From Thermoanaerobaculia bacterium (GTDB lineage Bacteria > Acidobacteriota > Thermoanaerobaculia > Multivoradales > JAIOJS01), in NCBI GenBank assembly GCA_963806095.1, contig CAWDWV010000005.1, positions 64,283 to 128,282 on the forward strand: a stretch of DNA of 64,000 bases, written 5' to 3'. Positions 34,557-44,964 of this stretch are shown piece by piece. Each line of letters begins with the position of its first letter. Position 1 is the first letter of the stretch. Below the pieces are notes generated by a model. The model saw nothing but the letters and a program-made list of their open reading frames with translations, did no database searches and was not told where the DNA came from. A program made the position numbers and the translations under genes.

Positions 34557-37076
34557 CTACTCCGTCCTGAAGGCCACCTGCGGCGCGATCGAGGTGGCGC
34601 GCCGCGCGGGAGCGAGCAGCGCGAGCAGCGCAGCCAGCGCGAAAACGGCGCCGACCGCCGCGTAGGCGAGCGGATCGGTCGGCGGCGTGGCGAAGAGGAA
34701 GCGCGCCACCAGGCGGCTGAACGCCAGCGCGCCGGCGAGCCCGAGCGCGATCCCGACGCCGACGAGCACGAACCCTTCACCGAGCACCAGCCGCAGCACG
34801 GAGCCGCGCGAGGCGCCGAGCGCCATGCGCACGCCGAGCTCGCGGGTACGCTGGGTGACCGAGTTGCCGACGACGCCGGCGATGCCCGAGAGCGTCACCA
34901 GGAGCGCCACCGCGGCGAAGGCGCCGAGCAGCGCTGCCGTGAGCTGCGGCGTCGCCAGCTGGCCGCGGCGCAGCTCAGCCACCGTCTGCAGCTCCTCCAC
35001 CGGGCTCTTCGGGTCGACGGCGTGCACGGCGCTGGTGATGGCGGGCGCGATCTCGTGCGGATCGCCGGCGCTGCGCGCCAGGACGCGGCCGGCGAAGCCG
35101 CCCGTCTGGCGGTAGCTCAGGTAGACCTGCGGCGCGACCTCTTGCGTCGGTTCGTAGAGCTGGAAGTCGCCGACGATGCCGACGACGGTGATCCGCGGGT
35201 CCTGGCCCGGCGGCGGCTGGCCGCCTTCGAACTGGAAGCGCGCGCCCAGCGGCTCGCGCCCGTCGCGGCCGGCGAGCAGCCTGGCCAGCGACTGGTTGAC
35301 GACCGCGACGCTCGGCGTGCCGGCGTCGTCGGCGAGCCGGAAGTCGCGGCCGGCGAGGAGCGGGATGCCGAGCGTCGCGAAATAGCCGTCGCTCGCCACG
35401 TTGGGGTCGACCTGCAGCGTCGTGCCGCCCTCGCCCTTGCCGTCGTCGAGGCGGATCGTCGCCACGCCGGGCTGGGTGCTGGAGAGCGGCACGGCGCTGG
35501 TCAGCGCCGCCGAGACGACGCCCGGCGCGCCGCGCAGGCGGTCGAGGATCTCGGCGTTGATGCGCAGCGCGTCGGTGGTGTTGACGGTGGTGAAGTTGCC
35601 GAAGATGGCGGCGCTCATCACCCGCGTTCCGTCGTAGCCGAGGTCGACCGTGGAGAGGCGGTGGAAGCTGCGCAGCAGCAAGGCCGCGCCCACCAGCAGC
35701 ACGAACGACACCGCCACCTGCGCCACGACGAGGGCGCCGCGCAGCCGCTGGCGCGAGCCGCCGCCGCCCTGGGCCGTCCCCTCGCGCAGCGCGAGCATGA
35801 GGTTGCGCCGCGCCACGAGCGCCGGCGCGGCGCCGAAGACCAGACCGGTGAGCACCGACACCGCCAGCGTGAAGGCGAGCACGCGGCCGTCGATCGCGAC
35901 CTCCCCGGTGCGCGGCGTGAAGCGGGCGACGAAGCCGACCAGCATCTCCTGCGACAGCCAGGCGAGCGCGATCCCCAGCACGCCGCCGGCGAGCGCTACC
36001 AGCACGCTTTCGGTGAGCAGCTGGGCCAGCAGACGGCGGCGCCCGGCGCCCATCGCGCTGCGCAGCGCCAGCTCGCGGCCGCGGCGCGCGGCGCGCGCGA
36101 TCGACAGGTTGGCGACGTTGGCGCAGGCGATGAGCAGGACGAGGACGGTGGTGCCGGCGAGCGCCAGCAGCAGCGGCCGGGCGCCGCTCACCAGCGTCTC
36201 CTGGAGCGGCTCGACGCGGCCGACGAGGTCGGCTGCCTGGCGGTAGTCCTCGGCGTGCTCCTCGACGAAGCCCGACGAGACGGCGGCCACCTGCGCCGAC
36301 GCCTGCTGGGGCGTGACGCCGGGCGCCAGCCGGCCGAAGACGGTGAGCGCCGCGAAGGTGCGGAACCCCGCGCCCAGCGTCTGCCCGGCTTGGTCCCGGA
36401 AGGGGCAGGCCGAGCTCGGCATGTAGACGTCGTTCCTGCGCGGATACTGCGGGAAGTCGGGCAGCACGCCGACGATGGTGTGCGGGCGGTCGTTCATCTC
36501 GACTACCTTGCCGACGACCTTCGGGTCGCCGGCGAACTTCGCGCGCCAGTACTCGTTGGCGAGGATGAGCACCGCCTCGGCCCCGTGCCGCTCGTCGGCG
36601 GCGACGAAGCCGCGGCCGTGGACCGGCCGGATGCCGAGCGCGTCGAAGAAGTTGGCGGAGACGACGCCGGTGTCGACGCGGTCGGGCTCGCCGTGGTCGA
36701 GCAGGGTGAACGACATGCCGTGGTACTCGACCAGCCCGCGCAGCGCGGCGAGGCGCGCGCGGTAGGCGTCGAGCTCGGGGATGGCGACGCCGGCGTTGGT
36801 GAGCTGCGCCGCCGGCGCCGACTGGCGCACGAGCATGAGCTGCCCGCCGTCGCGGAACGGCAGCGGCGCCAGCAGCACGCCGTGGATGACGGAGAAGGCG
36901 GCGGTGTTGGCGCCGATGCCGAGCGCCAGCACGCCGACCGCGGCGATCGTGTAGCCGCCGGAGCGGCGCAGCGTGCGCAGGCCGAAGCGGACGTCCTGGA
37001 GCAGTGCCTCCCAACGCGGAGCGCGGCGCCCTCGGGCCGGTCGGGTGGGGCGATCGTTGGCATTCATGGCGGCCAC
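34557..37076 (-). CDS. ADOP-family duplicated MacB/FtsX-type ABC transporter permease
   Basis: 839 aa. The N-terminus [49 protein letters not shown]... is characteristic of the family. There are two MacB-periplasmic + FtsX modules (second: ALRGALVVAQVAVSFVLLVGAALL). No adjacent ATPase gene. Confidence 0.85.
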   Translation of the reverse strand: MAAMNANDRPTRPARGRRAPRWEALLQDVRFGLRTLRRSGGYTIAAVGVLALGIGANTAAFSVIHGVLLAPLPFRDGGQLMLVRQSAPAAQLTNAGVAIPELDAYRARLAALRGLVEYHGMSFTLLDHGEPDRVDTGVVSANFFDALGIRPVHGRGFVAADERHGAEAVLILANEYWRAKFAGDPKVVGKVVEMNDRPHTIVGVLPDFPQYPRRNDVYMPSSACPFRDQAGQTLGAGFRTFAALTVFGRLAPGVTPQQASAQVAAVSSGFVEEHAEDYRQAADLVGRVEPLQETLVSGARPLLLALAGTTVLVLLIACANVANLSIARAARRGRELALRSAMGAGRRRLLAQLLTESVLVALAGGVLGIALAWLSQEMLVGFVARFTPRTGEVAIDGRVLAFTLAVSVLTGLVFGAAPALVARRNLMLALREGTAQGGGGSRQRLRGALVVAQVAVSFVLLVGAALLLRSFHRLSTVDLGYDGTRVMSAAIFGNFTTVNTTDALRINAEILDRLRGAPGVVSAALTSAVPLSSTQPGVATIRLDDGKGEGGTTLQVDPNVASDGYFATLGIPLLAGRDFRLADDAGTPSVAVVNQSLARLLAGRDGREPLGARFQFEGGQPPPGQDPRITVVGIVGDFQLYEPTQEVAPQVYLSYRQTGGFAGRVLARSAGDPHEIAPAITSAVHAVDPKSPVEELQTVAELRRGQLATPQLTAALLGAFAAVALLVTLSGIAGVVGNSVTQRTRELGVRMALGASRGSVLRLVLGEGFVLVGVGIALGLAGALAFSRLVARFLFATPPTDPLAYAAVGAVFALAALLALLAPARRATSIAPQVAFRTE

Positions 37077-37182
37077 GCTACGGCTCGGGAACGTGTGCGT
37101 CTAGAACGCGCCGAACAGGCGTGGAACGGAGCGCATCGGCGTCGAACGCAACAACCGCCCGCGGCGGTCGTACCAACCGTCG

Positions 37183-38019
37183 ATGGCAAGCCCAGCGCGG
37201 GCCGGCGCCGCGGCCTCCAATCTGGAGGCCGGGCAGTTCTACGGCCGCGTGGCGAGCCGCCGCAGCGCGTCGGGGCTGGTGCTTTCCGAAGTCCGGCACC
37301 GCGAGCGGCGCACGCTTCCCTCGCACGACCACCAAGCTCCCGGGTTCTACCTGCTCGTCGCCGGCGAGTACCGCGAGTGGGTGGGCGGCCGGGCGCTCGA
37401 CCACCGCCCCGGCGCGGTGGCCTTCCACCCCGCCGCCTTCCGCCACCGCGACGCCATCGGGGCGGCGGGCTGCCACTTCTTCATCGCCGAGCTCAGCGGC
37501 GCGCTGCTGGCGCGCGTCGAGCCGCTGCTGCCGCAAGCGCCGCGGCTCGACTCGGGCGGCCTCGTCGCGGCGCTCGCGGCGCGGCTGCGCGACGAGCTCC
37601 CGGCCGACGACCCGGCGGCCGAGCTGGTGCGCGAGGGGATCGTCTGCGAGCTGGTCGCCGCGCTCAGCCGCTCGTGGCACGGCGACGGCGCGCCGGCGTG
37701 GCTGCTGCGGACCGACGAGGCGCTGCGAGCGAGCCTCGACCGCCGCTGGTCGCTCGACGAGCTCGCCGCCGCGGCCGGCGTGCACCCGGCGCGGCTCGCG
37801 CGCGGCTTCCGGCGGGTCTACGGCGAGAGCGTCGGCGAGCGCTTGCGGCGGCTGCGGCTCGAAGCGGCGCGCGCCGCCGTCGCCGCGCCCGGCAGCGACC
37901 TGGCGGAGGTGGCGCACGCCTGCGGCTTCGCGGACCAGAGCCACATGACGCGCGCCTTTCGCCGCACGTTCGGCGTCACGCCAGGCGCGCTGCGGTCGCG
38001 GCGCGGGTCCTGCGCGTAG
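37183..38019 (+). CDS. AraC-family transcriptional regulator
   Basis: C-terminal HTH pair: SLDELAAAAGVHPARLARGFRRVYGESVGERLRRLRLEAA...LAEVAHACGFADQSHMTRAFRRTFGVTPG. Confidence 0.8.
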   Translation: MASPARAGAAASNLEAGQFYGRVASRRSASGLVLSEVRHRERRTLPSHDHQAPGFYLLVAGEYREWVGGRALDHRPGAVAFHPAAFRHRDAIGAAGCHFFIAELSGALLARVEPLLPQAPRLDSGGLVAALAARLRDELPADDPAAELVREGIVCELVAALSRSWHGDGAPAWLLRTDEALRASLDRRWSLDELAAAAGVHPARLARGFRRVYGESVGERLRRLRLEAARAAVAAPGSDLAEVAHACGFADQSHMTRAFRRTFGVTPGALRSRRGSCA

Positions 38020-38120
38020 CTGCCGCGCCTGGCGTTCCACCACGTCGCGCCGGTTCAAGACGGGCGCGGCTGCGCACGTCAGGCTGCGAGCGGCCGCCAC
38101 CGCAGGCCGAGGAGGACTCC

Positions 38121-38843
38121 ATGACCCGCGCAGCATTTGCCGCCGGCCTCGCCCTGACCGCGCTCGCCGCGTGCGCCGATGAGGCGCCGGCCACGAGAGC
38201 AGCTTCGGCCGCAACGCCGGAGACGCCCACCGTTGCGGCCGCGGCCCCCCTGCGGCCGCCGGCCCTCAGGCCGATCCGCGTCGCCTTCGCCATCAGCGAG
38301 AGCTCGAACGTCATCGACATGGCGGGCCCGTGGGAGGTGTTCCAGGACGCCGCGGTGCCCGGCATCCGCGCCGGCTTCACCCTCTACACCGTCGCCGCGA
38401 CGCGCTCGCCGGTGCGCCTCACCGGCGGCTTGCAGGTCGTCCCCGACCACACCTTCGCCGACGCGCCGCAGCCCGACGTGGTGGTGGTGCCGGCGATTCG
38501 CGGCACGCCGGAGCTGCACGCCTGGCTGCGCGAGGTGGCGCCGCGCGTCGACGTGCTGATGTCGGTCTGCACGGGGGCCTTCCAGCTCGCCGCGGCCGGC
38601 CTGCTCGACGGGCTGCCGGCGACGACGCACCACGACTTCTGGGACGACTTCGCCAGCCGCTATCCGCGCGTCGAGCTGCGCCGCGGCGAGCGCTACGTCG
38701 AGGCGAGCCCGCGGCTCGCCACCGCCGGCGGCCTCACCTCGGGCATCGACCTGGCGTTGCGCGTCGTCGAGCGCTACTTCGGGCGGCAGGCGGCGAAGGA
38801 CACCGCCGCGTACATGGAGTACCGCAGTCCCTACCTCCAGTGA
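38121..38843 (+). CDS. DJ-1/PfpI (class I glutamine-amidotransferase-like) family lipoprotein
   Basis: RBS GAGGAGG before ATG 38121. Lipobox LTALAAC. VLMSVCTGAFQLAAAGLLDG (nucleophile-elbow Cys). ATTHH, GGLTSGIDLAL. It is the tail of the spurious 1,511-aa track ORF 34308..38843. Confidence 0.8.
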   Translation: MTRAAFAAGLALTALAACADEAPATRAASAATPETPTVAAAAPLRPPALRPIRVAFAISESSNVIDMAGPWEVFQDAAVPGIRAGFTLYTVAATRSPVRLTGGLQVVPDHTFADAPQPDVVVVPAIRGTPELHAWLREVAPRVDVLMSVCTGAFQLAAAGLLDGLPATTHHDFWDDFASRYPRVELRRGERYVEASPRLATAGGLTSGIDLALRVVERYFGRQAAKDTAAYMEYRSPYLQ

Positions 38844-38874
38844 CGCTAGACTCCGCCCTCACCTGCAGGAGGGC

Positions 38875-39255
38875 GTGATGAAGCCGCGGAAGATCCTCGT
38901 CGTGGACGACTCGAAGATGATGCGCAGGATGTACGAAGTCATGCTGCGCCAGTACCCACTGGTCTATGCGGGCGACGGCCCGGAGGCGTTCGAGCGCTTG
39001 CGAGAACACTGGGACATCGAGCTCGTAGTGCTCGACATCAACATGCCGAGCATGAATTCGCTGGAGTTCTTGCAGGCGGTGCGCCGGGACATGCCCGAGC
39101 CTCCCGCGATCGTCGTGGTCACCACCGAGGGGCGGGAAGAAGACACGTCCCGCGCCCTGGAGGCGGGGGCCGCGGCGTACATCAGGAAACCGTTCCAGAA
39201 CGAGGAGATCCTCTACGTGATCGCACATCTCGAGGAGAAGCCTCGCCGGGAGTGA
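38875..39255 (+). CDS. Single-domain CheY-like response regulator
   Basis: ILVVDDSKMMRR, VVLDINMPSMNS, AYIRKPF. Confidence 0.85.
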   Translation: MMKPRKILVVDDSKMMRRMYEVMLRQYPLVYAGDGPEAFERLREHWDIELVVLDINMPSMNSLEFLQAVRRDMPEPPAIVVVTTEGREEDTSRALEAGAAAYIRKPFQNEEILYVIAHLEEKPRRE

Positions 39256-39261
39256 GCGCGC

Positions 39262-40872
39262 TCACTTCTCCTCGTGGTACTCCTCCTCGGTGTTGACCTC
39301 CCACAGGTTCGCCTTGTCGGCGCGGCCGGCGACGATGTTGTCCACCGCCGTCATGGCGGCGAGGATGGAGTGGTCCTGGTTGTTGTAGCGGTGCATGCCG
39401 TTGCGCCCGACGAGGAAGAGGTTGTCGAAGCGGTCGAGCCAGCCGCGCAGCTCGTCGAAGCGGTCGTAGGTGCCGAAGTACGCGGGGTAGGTCTTCGGCA
39501 TGCGCAGCACGGTGCCGTCGCGCACCGCGGCGGGGTCGGCGATGCGGATGCGGGCAAGCTCGGTCTTGGCGAGCTCGATCAGCTCGTCGTCCGAGCGTGA
39601 CCACAGCTCGTCGCCCTCGTTGCAGAAGTACTCGAGGCCGACCCACACCTTGCCCGGGTCGGCCACCATCCACGGGCTCCAGTTGTTGAAGATCTGCAGC
39701 CGCCCCACCAGCACGTCGGGCTCCTGGATGTAGATCCAGTTGTCGCGCACCGGGCTGCCGTCGGGCTCGGTGAGCAGCAGGCGGTCGAGCAGCAGGCCGA
39801 CGGTGACGAAGTCGCGGTAGAGCAATCCTTTGGCGATGGCGGCGACGTCGGCCGGCGGCGGCGCGTCGAGGGCGCGCACCAGCTCGCGGATGGGCATCGT
39901 CGAGAAGAACCAGTCGGCGGCGAAGCGCTCGGTCAAGCCGGTGGCGAGATTGCGCGCCTGCACGGCGACGACGTGCTCGCCGGCGGTCTCGATGCCTTCG
40001 ACTCGCCAGCCGGTGAGCACCTGGCCGCCCTTGCTGCGCACCGCGGCCGCCACCTCGTCCCACATCTGGCCGGGGCCGAGCTTGGGGTAGAGGAACTGCT
40101 CGATGAGCGAGGTCTCCGTCCTCTTCTGCCCTATGTCTGTCCGGATGTCCCCGCGCTTGCCCCCGCCGGTGACACCGCGCAGCGCGGTCTTCGCGAAGTG
40201 GGAGAGCGCCTTGGCGATCGACAGCCCCTTGACGCGTTGCGCGCCCCACGCCGCGCTGATCTCGCGGCAGGGCGTGCCCCACACCTTCTCGGTGTAGTCC
40301 TTGAAGAAGGTGAGGTAGAGCTCGCGGCCGAAGCGGTTGACGAAGAACTGCTCGAGGTTCTCCTCGGGTTTGATGGGGAAGGCCGCCGCGCGCAGGTAGG
40401 AGAAGCCGATGCGGGCGCTGCGGAAGAGGCCGAGCTTGCGCAGGGTGTCGGGCGAGAGCTGGATCGGGTAGTCGAAGAGCTTGCGGCGGTGGTAGATCCG
40501 CGACTTGCGCGGCCGCAGCAGCATGACGCGGTCCTCGCGCTCGGGATCGGGGCCGGCACCGTCCCCATCGACCGTGCGCCAGCGATTCTGGTAGGCGATC
40601 TGTATCTGTCCCGGATGGCGCGCCTGGCCTTCTGGCAGCGCCTGCAGCGGCAGGAAGCGCAGCCACCACTCCATCACCCGGTCGCTCTTGGAGAAGAAGC
40701 GGTGGCCGCCGATGTCGATGCGGTTGCCGCGGTACTCGACCGTGCGCGCGATGCCGCCCATCAGCTCGCTCGCCTCGAGCACGACCGGCGCGATCGAGGT
40801 GCGCTCGAGAAGCTCGTGCGCGGCGGCGAGGCCGGCGGGGCCGGCGCCGACGATGACGGCGGTCTGCGGCAT
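39262..40872 (-). CDS. FAD-dependent oxidoreductase (amine-oxidase / UDP-galactopyranose-mutase-like fold)
   Basis: ATG 40872. [22 protein letters not shown] (GxGxxG), [24 protein letters not shown], and the C-terminal [18 protein letters not shown]. The substrate is not inferable. Confidence 0.8.
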   Translation of the reverse strand: MPQTAVIVGAGPAGLAAAHELLERTSIAPVVLEASELMGGIARTVEYRGNRIDIGGHRFFSKSDRVMEWWLRFLPLQALPEGQARHPGQIQIAYQNRWRTVDGDGAGPDPEREDRVMLLRPRKSRIYHRRKLFDYPIQLSPDTLRKLGLFRSARIGFSYLRAAAFPIKPEENLEQFFVNRFGRELYLTFFKDYTEKVWGTPCREISAAWGAQRVKGLSIAKALSHFAKTALRGVTGGGKRGDIRTDIGQKRTETSLIEQFLYPKLGPGQMWDEVAAAVRSKGGQVLTGWRVEGIETAGEHVVAVQARNLATGLTERFAADWFFSTMPIRELVRALDAPPPADVAAIAKGLLYRDFVTVGLLLDRLLLTEPDGSPVRDNWIYIQEPDVLVGRLQIFNNWSPWMVADPGKVWVGLEYFCNEGDELWSRSDDELIELAKTELARIRIADPAAVRDGTVLRMPKTYPAYFGTYDRFDELRGWLDRFDNLFLVGRNGMHRYNNQDHSILAAMTAVDNIVAGRADKANLWEVNTEEEYHEEK

Positions 40873-40948
40873 GGCGGGGCGCAAGGGTAGCCACGTGCGT
40901 GCGGGGGCGCAAGCTGCGGCTACGATTCGCCGCACGGTGTCCCTCAGG

Positions 40949-43156
40949 ATGTCCCTCAGGATGTCAGCGCCGCGCCTCGCGCCGTGGGTGCTCGACGCGC
41001 TGCTGCTCGCCGTGCTGGCGGCCTTCTTCGCCCTTCTCGAGTGGCGACGGCCCTTCTACTTCCTGCAGGACGACAACCGCACCGGCGCCCTCGGGCTGCT
41101 CGTCCACTTCGCGCGCTCGCTGGCCGGCGGCGAGCTGGCGCTCTACGACTTCCACCAGTTCCTCGGCGAGCCGTCGTTCGCCGTCGGCTCGGTGCCGTTC
41201 CTCTATCCGCCGGTCTACGTTGCCGTCTGGATGAGCCGCGCGCTCTTCGGCCACCCCGACGCGGCGATCGACCTGCTCGTCGCCGCACACTTCGCCTGCG
41301 GCCTGCTGGGGATGAGCCGGCTGCTGCGCGGCCTCGGCCTGTCGACGGCCGTCGTCGCTTTCGGCGCCCTGGCCTGGCCGCTTTCCAGCAACGCCGTCTA
41401 CACCGCGTCGTCGTGGTGGCACGTCGCGCTGGTGATCGCCTTCTTCCCTTGGATCATCCACCTCGCCTGCCGGCTGGTGCGGCGGCCGAGCGCCGGCGGC
41501 GTCGCCGCGCTGGTGGTGCTGCACGCGCTGCTGCTCTACGGCGGGCACGTGCAGCTGTTCGTCTACGCGCTCTGCTTCGAGGCGCTGGCGGCCGCGCTCG
41601 CGCTGACGGCGACGACGGTCGCCGGCGTGCGGCCCTTGGTGGCCTCGGTGGGGCCCTACCTGGTCGCCTTATACCTGACCGCTGCGGCGAGCCTGCCGGT
41701 GATCGAGCCGCTGCGGCACCACGTGGCGCAGTCGAGCGACCGCGGCGGCCGCATCGGCTACGGCTACTTCCACGCCGGCGGCTTCGACCTGCTGTCGTGG
41801 CTGCAGGGGCTCGTCGACCCCTTCCGTGCCGACCCCGTCTACTACCAGCTGCTCGTCGGCTCGTGGGATCGCGTCTTCCCCTACCTCTCGTTCGTCGGCT
41901 GGCTAGCAGTGCCGCTGCTCGCCGCGGCGCCGCTGCTGCTGCGCCGCGGCGCGGCCGCGACGCTGCCGGTGCGGGCGTTCGCGCTGCCGCTGCTCGTCGC
42001 CTTCCTGTGGACGACCGGGTCGCTCGATCGCGCGCTCTACCTGGTGCCGGTGCTCAACCGCTTCCGCTGGCACTTCCGCGTCAACGTCTTCCTCGTCTTC
42101 TTCGTCGTCGTGGTAGCGGCGATGGCGTTCGCCGCCGCCGAGGCGATCGCGCGCCGTCGTCTCGGCGGCGTGCGGACCGCGGTCCTCGTGGCGCTGGCGC
42201 TGCTGCTCCAGCTCGGGAGCCTCGCCGCGCTCTACGGCTTCTACCCGCAGCGCAGCTTCAACCACCGCCGCCACGAGCAGCCGGTGCCGCTGCGGGAGCC
42301 GCTCGCGTCGCGGCTCGCGAATGGGCGCATCGTCTCGCTCGGCTGGCACGCGCGCGACCCCTACTCGTCGGCGCAGGTGGGCTTCAACTACGCCTCGTAC
42401 TGGGGGCTTTTCCAGTACGCCGGCTACGCCAACCTGATGTCCAACCTGCACGCGCGGCACGTCACCGGCCTGGTGGCCGACGACGGCAGACGGCTGCGCT
42501 TCGACGCCGTCTACAAGCCGGAGGAGGTCCCGTTCGAGCGGTTCGAGCGCTGGGCGGTGGCGTGGTACCTGCTCGGACGCAACGCCGAGGATCCCGGGGA
42601 GACGGCGCGCTACGAGGAGCTGCTCACGCGCCGCGGGTTGCACCGTGTCGCCGGGGACTCGCGGCGGATCGTCTTTCACGATCCGCGCGCGGAGCCGCTG
42701 GTTTATCTGGTGGCGGCGGACGGACGGCGCGACGGCCGGACGCGGATGGCGGGCGCGGAGCCCGCCCTACAACGCTGGCCAGCCGACGCCCTCGCACAGG
42801 GGAATGGAGAGCAGGGCGCCCTTGATGGCGGTGGGCGTGAAGCCCTGCAGCCTCGGATCGGCGGCCGTTCGCTGACGGTGAGCTTCCCGCCGTCAAACCA
42901 GTCGCGGGCGCTCGTCGCCTGCTTCCTCGCCGTGCCGGGCTTCACCGCCGCGACGCTCGACGGCCGCTCGCTGACGCTGCGCTCCGACGAGGGACGAATG
43001 ACGGTCGACGTGCCTGCCGGCGCGACCGGCGTGCGCTTCGTCTACCACGAGCCCGAGCTGCTGCGCGGCCTGCTTCACGCCGCGGCGCTGATGTCGGTGC
43101 CGCTGCTGGCATGGGGCGCCGCCGTGGGCAGGAAGCGGCTTCGTCGCCAGCGATGA
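40949..43156 (+). CDS. Large polytopic membrane protein, GT-C/YfhO-like (tentative)
   Basis: ~735 aa with >10 TM helices. First loop [12 protein letters not shown] ~260-aa C-terminal non-membrane region ends in a final TM helix. Two in-frame ATGs (40949, 40961) are created by a 12-bp tandem duplication. Confidence 0.6.
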   Translation: MSLRMSAPRLAPWVLDALLLAVLAAFFALLEWRRPFYFLQDDNRTGALGLLVHFARSLAGGELALYDFHQFLGEPSFAVGSVPFLYPPVYVAVWMSRALFGHPDAAIDLLVAAHFACGLLGMSRLLRGLGLSTAVVAFGALAWPLSSNAVYTASSWWHVALVIAFFPWIIHLACRLVRRPSAGGVAALVVLHALLLYGGHVQLFVYALCFEALAAALALTATTVAGVRPLVASVGPYLVALYLTAAASLPVIEPLRHHVAQSSDRGGRIGYGYFHAGGFDLLSWLQGLVDPFRADPVYYQLLVGSWDRVFPYLSFVGWLAVPLLAAAPLLLRRGAAATLPVRAFALPLLVAFLWTTGSLDRALYLVPVLNRFRWHFRVNVFLVFFVVVVAAMAFAAAEAIARRRLGGVRTAVLVALALLLQLGSLAALYGFYPQRSFNHRRHEQPVPLREPLASRLANGRIVSLGWHARDPYSSAQVGFNYASYWGLFQYAGYANLMSNLHARHVTGLVADDGRRLRFDAVYKPEEVPFERFERWAVAWYLLGRNAEDPGETARYEELLTRRGLHRVAGDSRRIVFHDPRAEPLVYLVAADGRRDGRTRMAGAEPALQRWPADALAQGNGEQGALDGGGREALQPRIGGRSLTVSFPPSNQSRALVACFLAVPGFTAATLDGRSLTLRSDEGRMTVDVPAGATGVRFVYHEPELLRGLLHAAALMSVPLLAWGAAVGRKRLRRQR

Positions 43157-44964
43157 GCGCCGCGTTCACCGTCGCGCTCCTCGTCGCGGCTGCGCTGCTT
43201 GCCTCGCTGCGACCAGCGCTCGTCGACCGCTGGCGGCGCGCCTTCGATCGCTTCCTGCGCCGACCGATCGGTCTCGGCCGCTGGACGGCCGCCCTCGCCG
43301 TCGCCGCCTTCGCCGGCCAGGCCGCGGTGGGTGCCGTCGCCGGGCTGCCCGCGCCGCAACTGCACGACGAGCTCAGCTACCTCCTCGCCGCCGACACCTT
43401 CGCGCACGGGCGGCTCGCCAATCCGACGCACCCGCTGTGGCGGCATTTCGAGACCTTCCACGTGCTCGTGCAGCCGAGCTACGCCTCCAAGTACCCTCCG
43501 GCGCAGGGGCTGGTGCTGGCGCTGGGCGAGCGGCTCGGCCACCCTGTGCTCGGCGTCTGGCTCTCCGGCGCGTTGCTCTGCGCCGCCGTGGCGTGGATGC
43601 TGGCGGCGTGGCTGCGGCCGCCGTGGGCGCGGCTCGGCGCCCTGCTTGCCGCCGGCACCCTGGTGGTCGCGAGCCCGTGGAGCGACGGCTACTCGCGCGG
43701 CTTCGTCGCCGCGGCGGGAGGAGCGCTGCTCTTCGGCGCCGCGGCGCGGTTGCGGGCGCCGTCCAGCCGCCGCTGCACGACCTCGGCCGCCTTGCCACGG
43801 AGCGCGGCATCCGTCTCGCCCGCATTAGAAGCGACATCGTCGCGTGCAGCTCCCGGGGCCCGACCCGCGCCGCGCCCGACCGCGCATGCCGGCATCGCCC
43901 TCGCCGCCGGTCTGCTCGTGCTCGCCGCGAGCCGGCCCTGGGAAGGGATCGTCGCCGCCGCGGTGGCGCTCGCACCCGTCGCCTGGGACGCGTTGCGCAG
44001 CGCGGAGCAGCGCCGGTCGCTGCTGCGGCGCGCCGTTCCCACGTTCGCGATCGCGCTCGCCGCCGGCGCCGGCTGGCTCGGCTGGTACCAGTGGCGGGTG
44101 ACCGGCAGCCCGTGGACGATGCCCTATCGGCTGTATGACCAACACTACGCCGGCGTGCCGGTGTTCCTGTGGCAGTCGCCGCGCCCGGTGCCCACCTCGC
44201 CGCATCCGGTGATCGCCCGCTTCTTCCGCGACTTCGAGGGCGGCGAGTGGCGGCGCCAGCACACGCTGCGCGGCTGGCTGGCGGCGGCCGCCGAGAAGAG
44301 CGGGCGCCTGGTGAGCTTCTACTTCGGCGGCGCGCTGGTGGTGGCGCTCGCGGGGTTGCCGTGGGCGCTGCGGCGGGCCGGGCCGCGCTGGGCCGCGGCA
44401 GGGTTGCTGGCGCTGCTCGCGAGCCAGCTCGTCATCCTCCCCAGCCGCGTCCACTACGTGGCGCCCAGCGCCTGCCTGGCGATTTACCTCATCGTCGAGG
44501 CTTGGCGTCAGTTGCGCCTGTGGCGGCGTACGCATCGCCTGTCGCGATGGCGCGGGCTCGGAGCGCGGCTCGCATCGACCATACCGCTGGTCGTGCTGCT
44601 CGTCTTGCCGCTGCGCGCCTGGGAGCTGCGCGACGACCCGTCCGAGTGGTACCAGCAGCGCGCCGCGCTGCAACGACGGCTGCGGGCGATGGCGGGGCCG
44701 CAGCTGGTGATCGTCCGCTACGGGCCGGCGCACGACCCGCTCGCCGAGTGGGTGTACGACGACGCCGACCTGCTGAGTACGCCGGTGCTGTGGGCGCGCG
44801 GGATGACCGCGGCCGAGGACTGCGCGCTGCTCGCCTTCGAGCGCCGCCGCACGGCCTGGCTGCTCGAGGTGGTCGAGGACGCCTCGGCGCCGCGGCTCTC
44901 GCGCTATCCGCGCAGCGCTTGTACCGGTGGCGCCGCGGGCTCCGCTGCAGCGGCGCCGCGCTGA
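43153..44964 (+). CDS. GT-C-fold membrane glycosyltransferase-like protein
   Basis: The ATG overlaps the previous stop (ATGA). The first periplasmic loop PQLHDELSYLLAADTFAHGRL carries the DE motif. Multiple TM helices. It has a low-complexity loop at ~43740..43880. Confidence 0.6.
   Translation: MSAAFTVALLVAAALLASLRPALVDRWRRAFDRFLRRPIGLGRWTAALAVAAFAGQAAVGAVAGLPAPQLHDELSYLLAADTFAHGRLANPTHPLWRHFETFHVLVQPSYASKYPPAQGLVLALGERLGHPVLGVWLSGALLCAAVAWMLAAWLRPPWARLGALLAAGTLVVASPWSDGYSRGFVAAAGGALLFGAAARLRAPSSRRCTTSAALPRSAASVSPALEATSSRAAPGARPAPRPTAHAGIALAAGLLVLAASRPWEGIVAAAVALAPVAWDALRSAEQRRSLLRRAVPTFAIALAAGAGWLGWYQWRVTGSPWTMPYRLYDQHYAGVPVFLWQSPRPVPTSPHPVIARFFRDFEGGEWRRQHTLRGWLAAAAEKSGRLVSFYFGGALVVALAGLPWALRRAGPRWAAAGLLALLASQLVILPSRVHYVAPSACLAIYLIVEAWRQLRLWRRTHRLSRWRGLGARLASTIPLVVLLVLPLRAWELRDDPSEWYQQRAALQRRLRAMAGPQLVIVRYGPAHDPLAEWVYDDADLLSTPVLWARGMTAAEDCALLAFERRRTAWLLEVVEDASAPRLSRYPRSACTGGAAGSAAAAPR

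Noticed and set aside
34308-38120. The bulk of the 1,511-aa plus-strand ORF 34308..38843.
   Set aside because: Only the last 240 codons (from ATG 38121, which has a GAGGAGG RBS) look like a real protein (DJ-1/PfpI). The rest is a shadow of the ADOP permease (antisense) and of the AraC gene (off-frame).
43689-44042. A 117-aa minus-strand ORF (…DVASNAGETDAALRGKAAEVVQRRLDG…) inside the GT-C-like gene, coinciding with a locally lower-GC patch (cattagaagcgacatc).
   Set aside because: No start context, RBS or recognisable motif. The plus-strand membrane protein stays in frame across the region, which is most simply a low-complexity cytoplasmic loop.
44904-44964. The 61-nt convergent overlap of purN with the GT-C-like gene, and the 8-nt and 4-nt overlaps at 21807..21814 and 49014..49017, as evidence of mis-called ends.
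   Set aside because: Both partners keep protein-like sequence close to their stops. The long unstructured Ala/Pro/Gly tails are common in high-GC genomes. I noted them but do not consider them informative.
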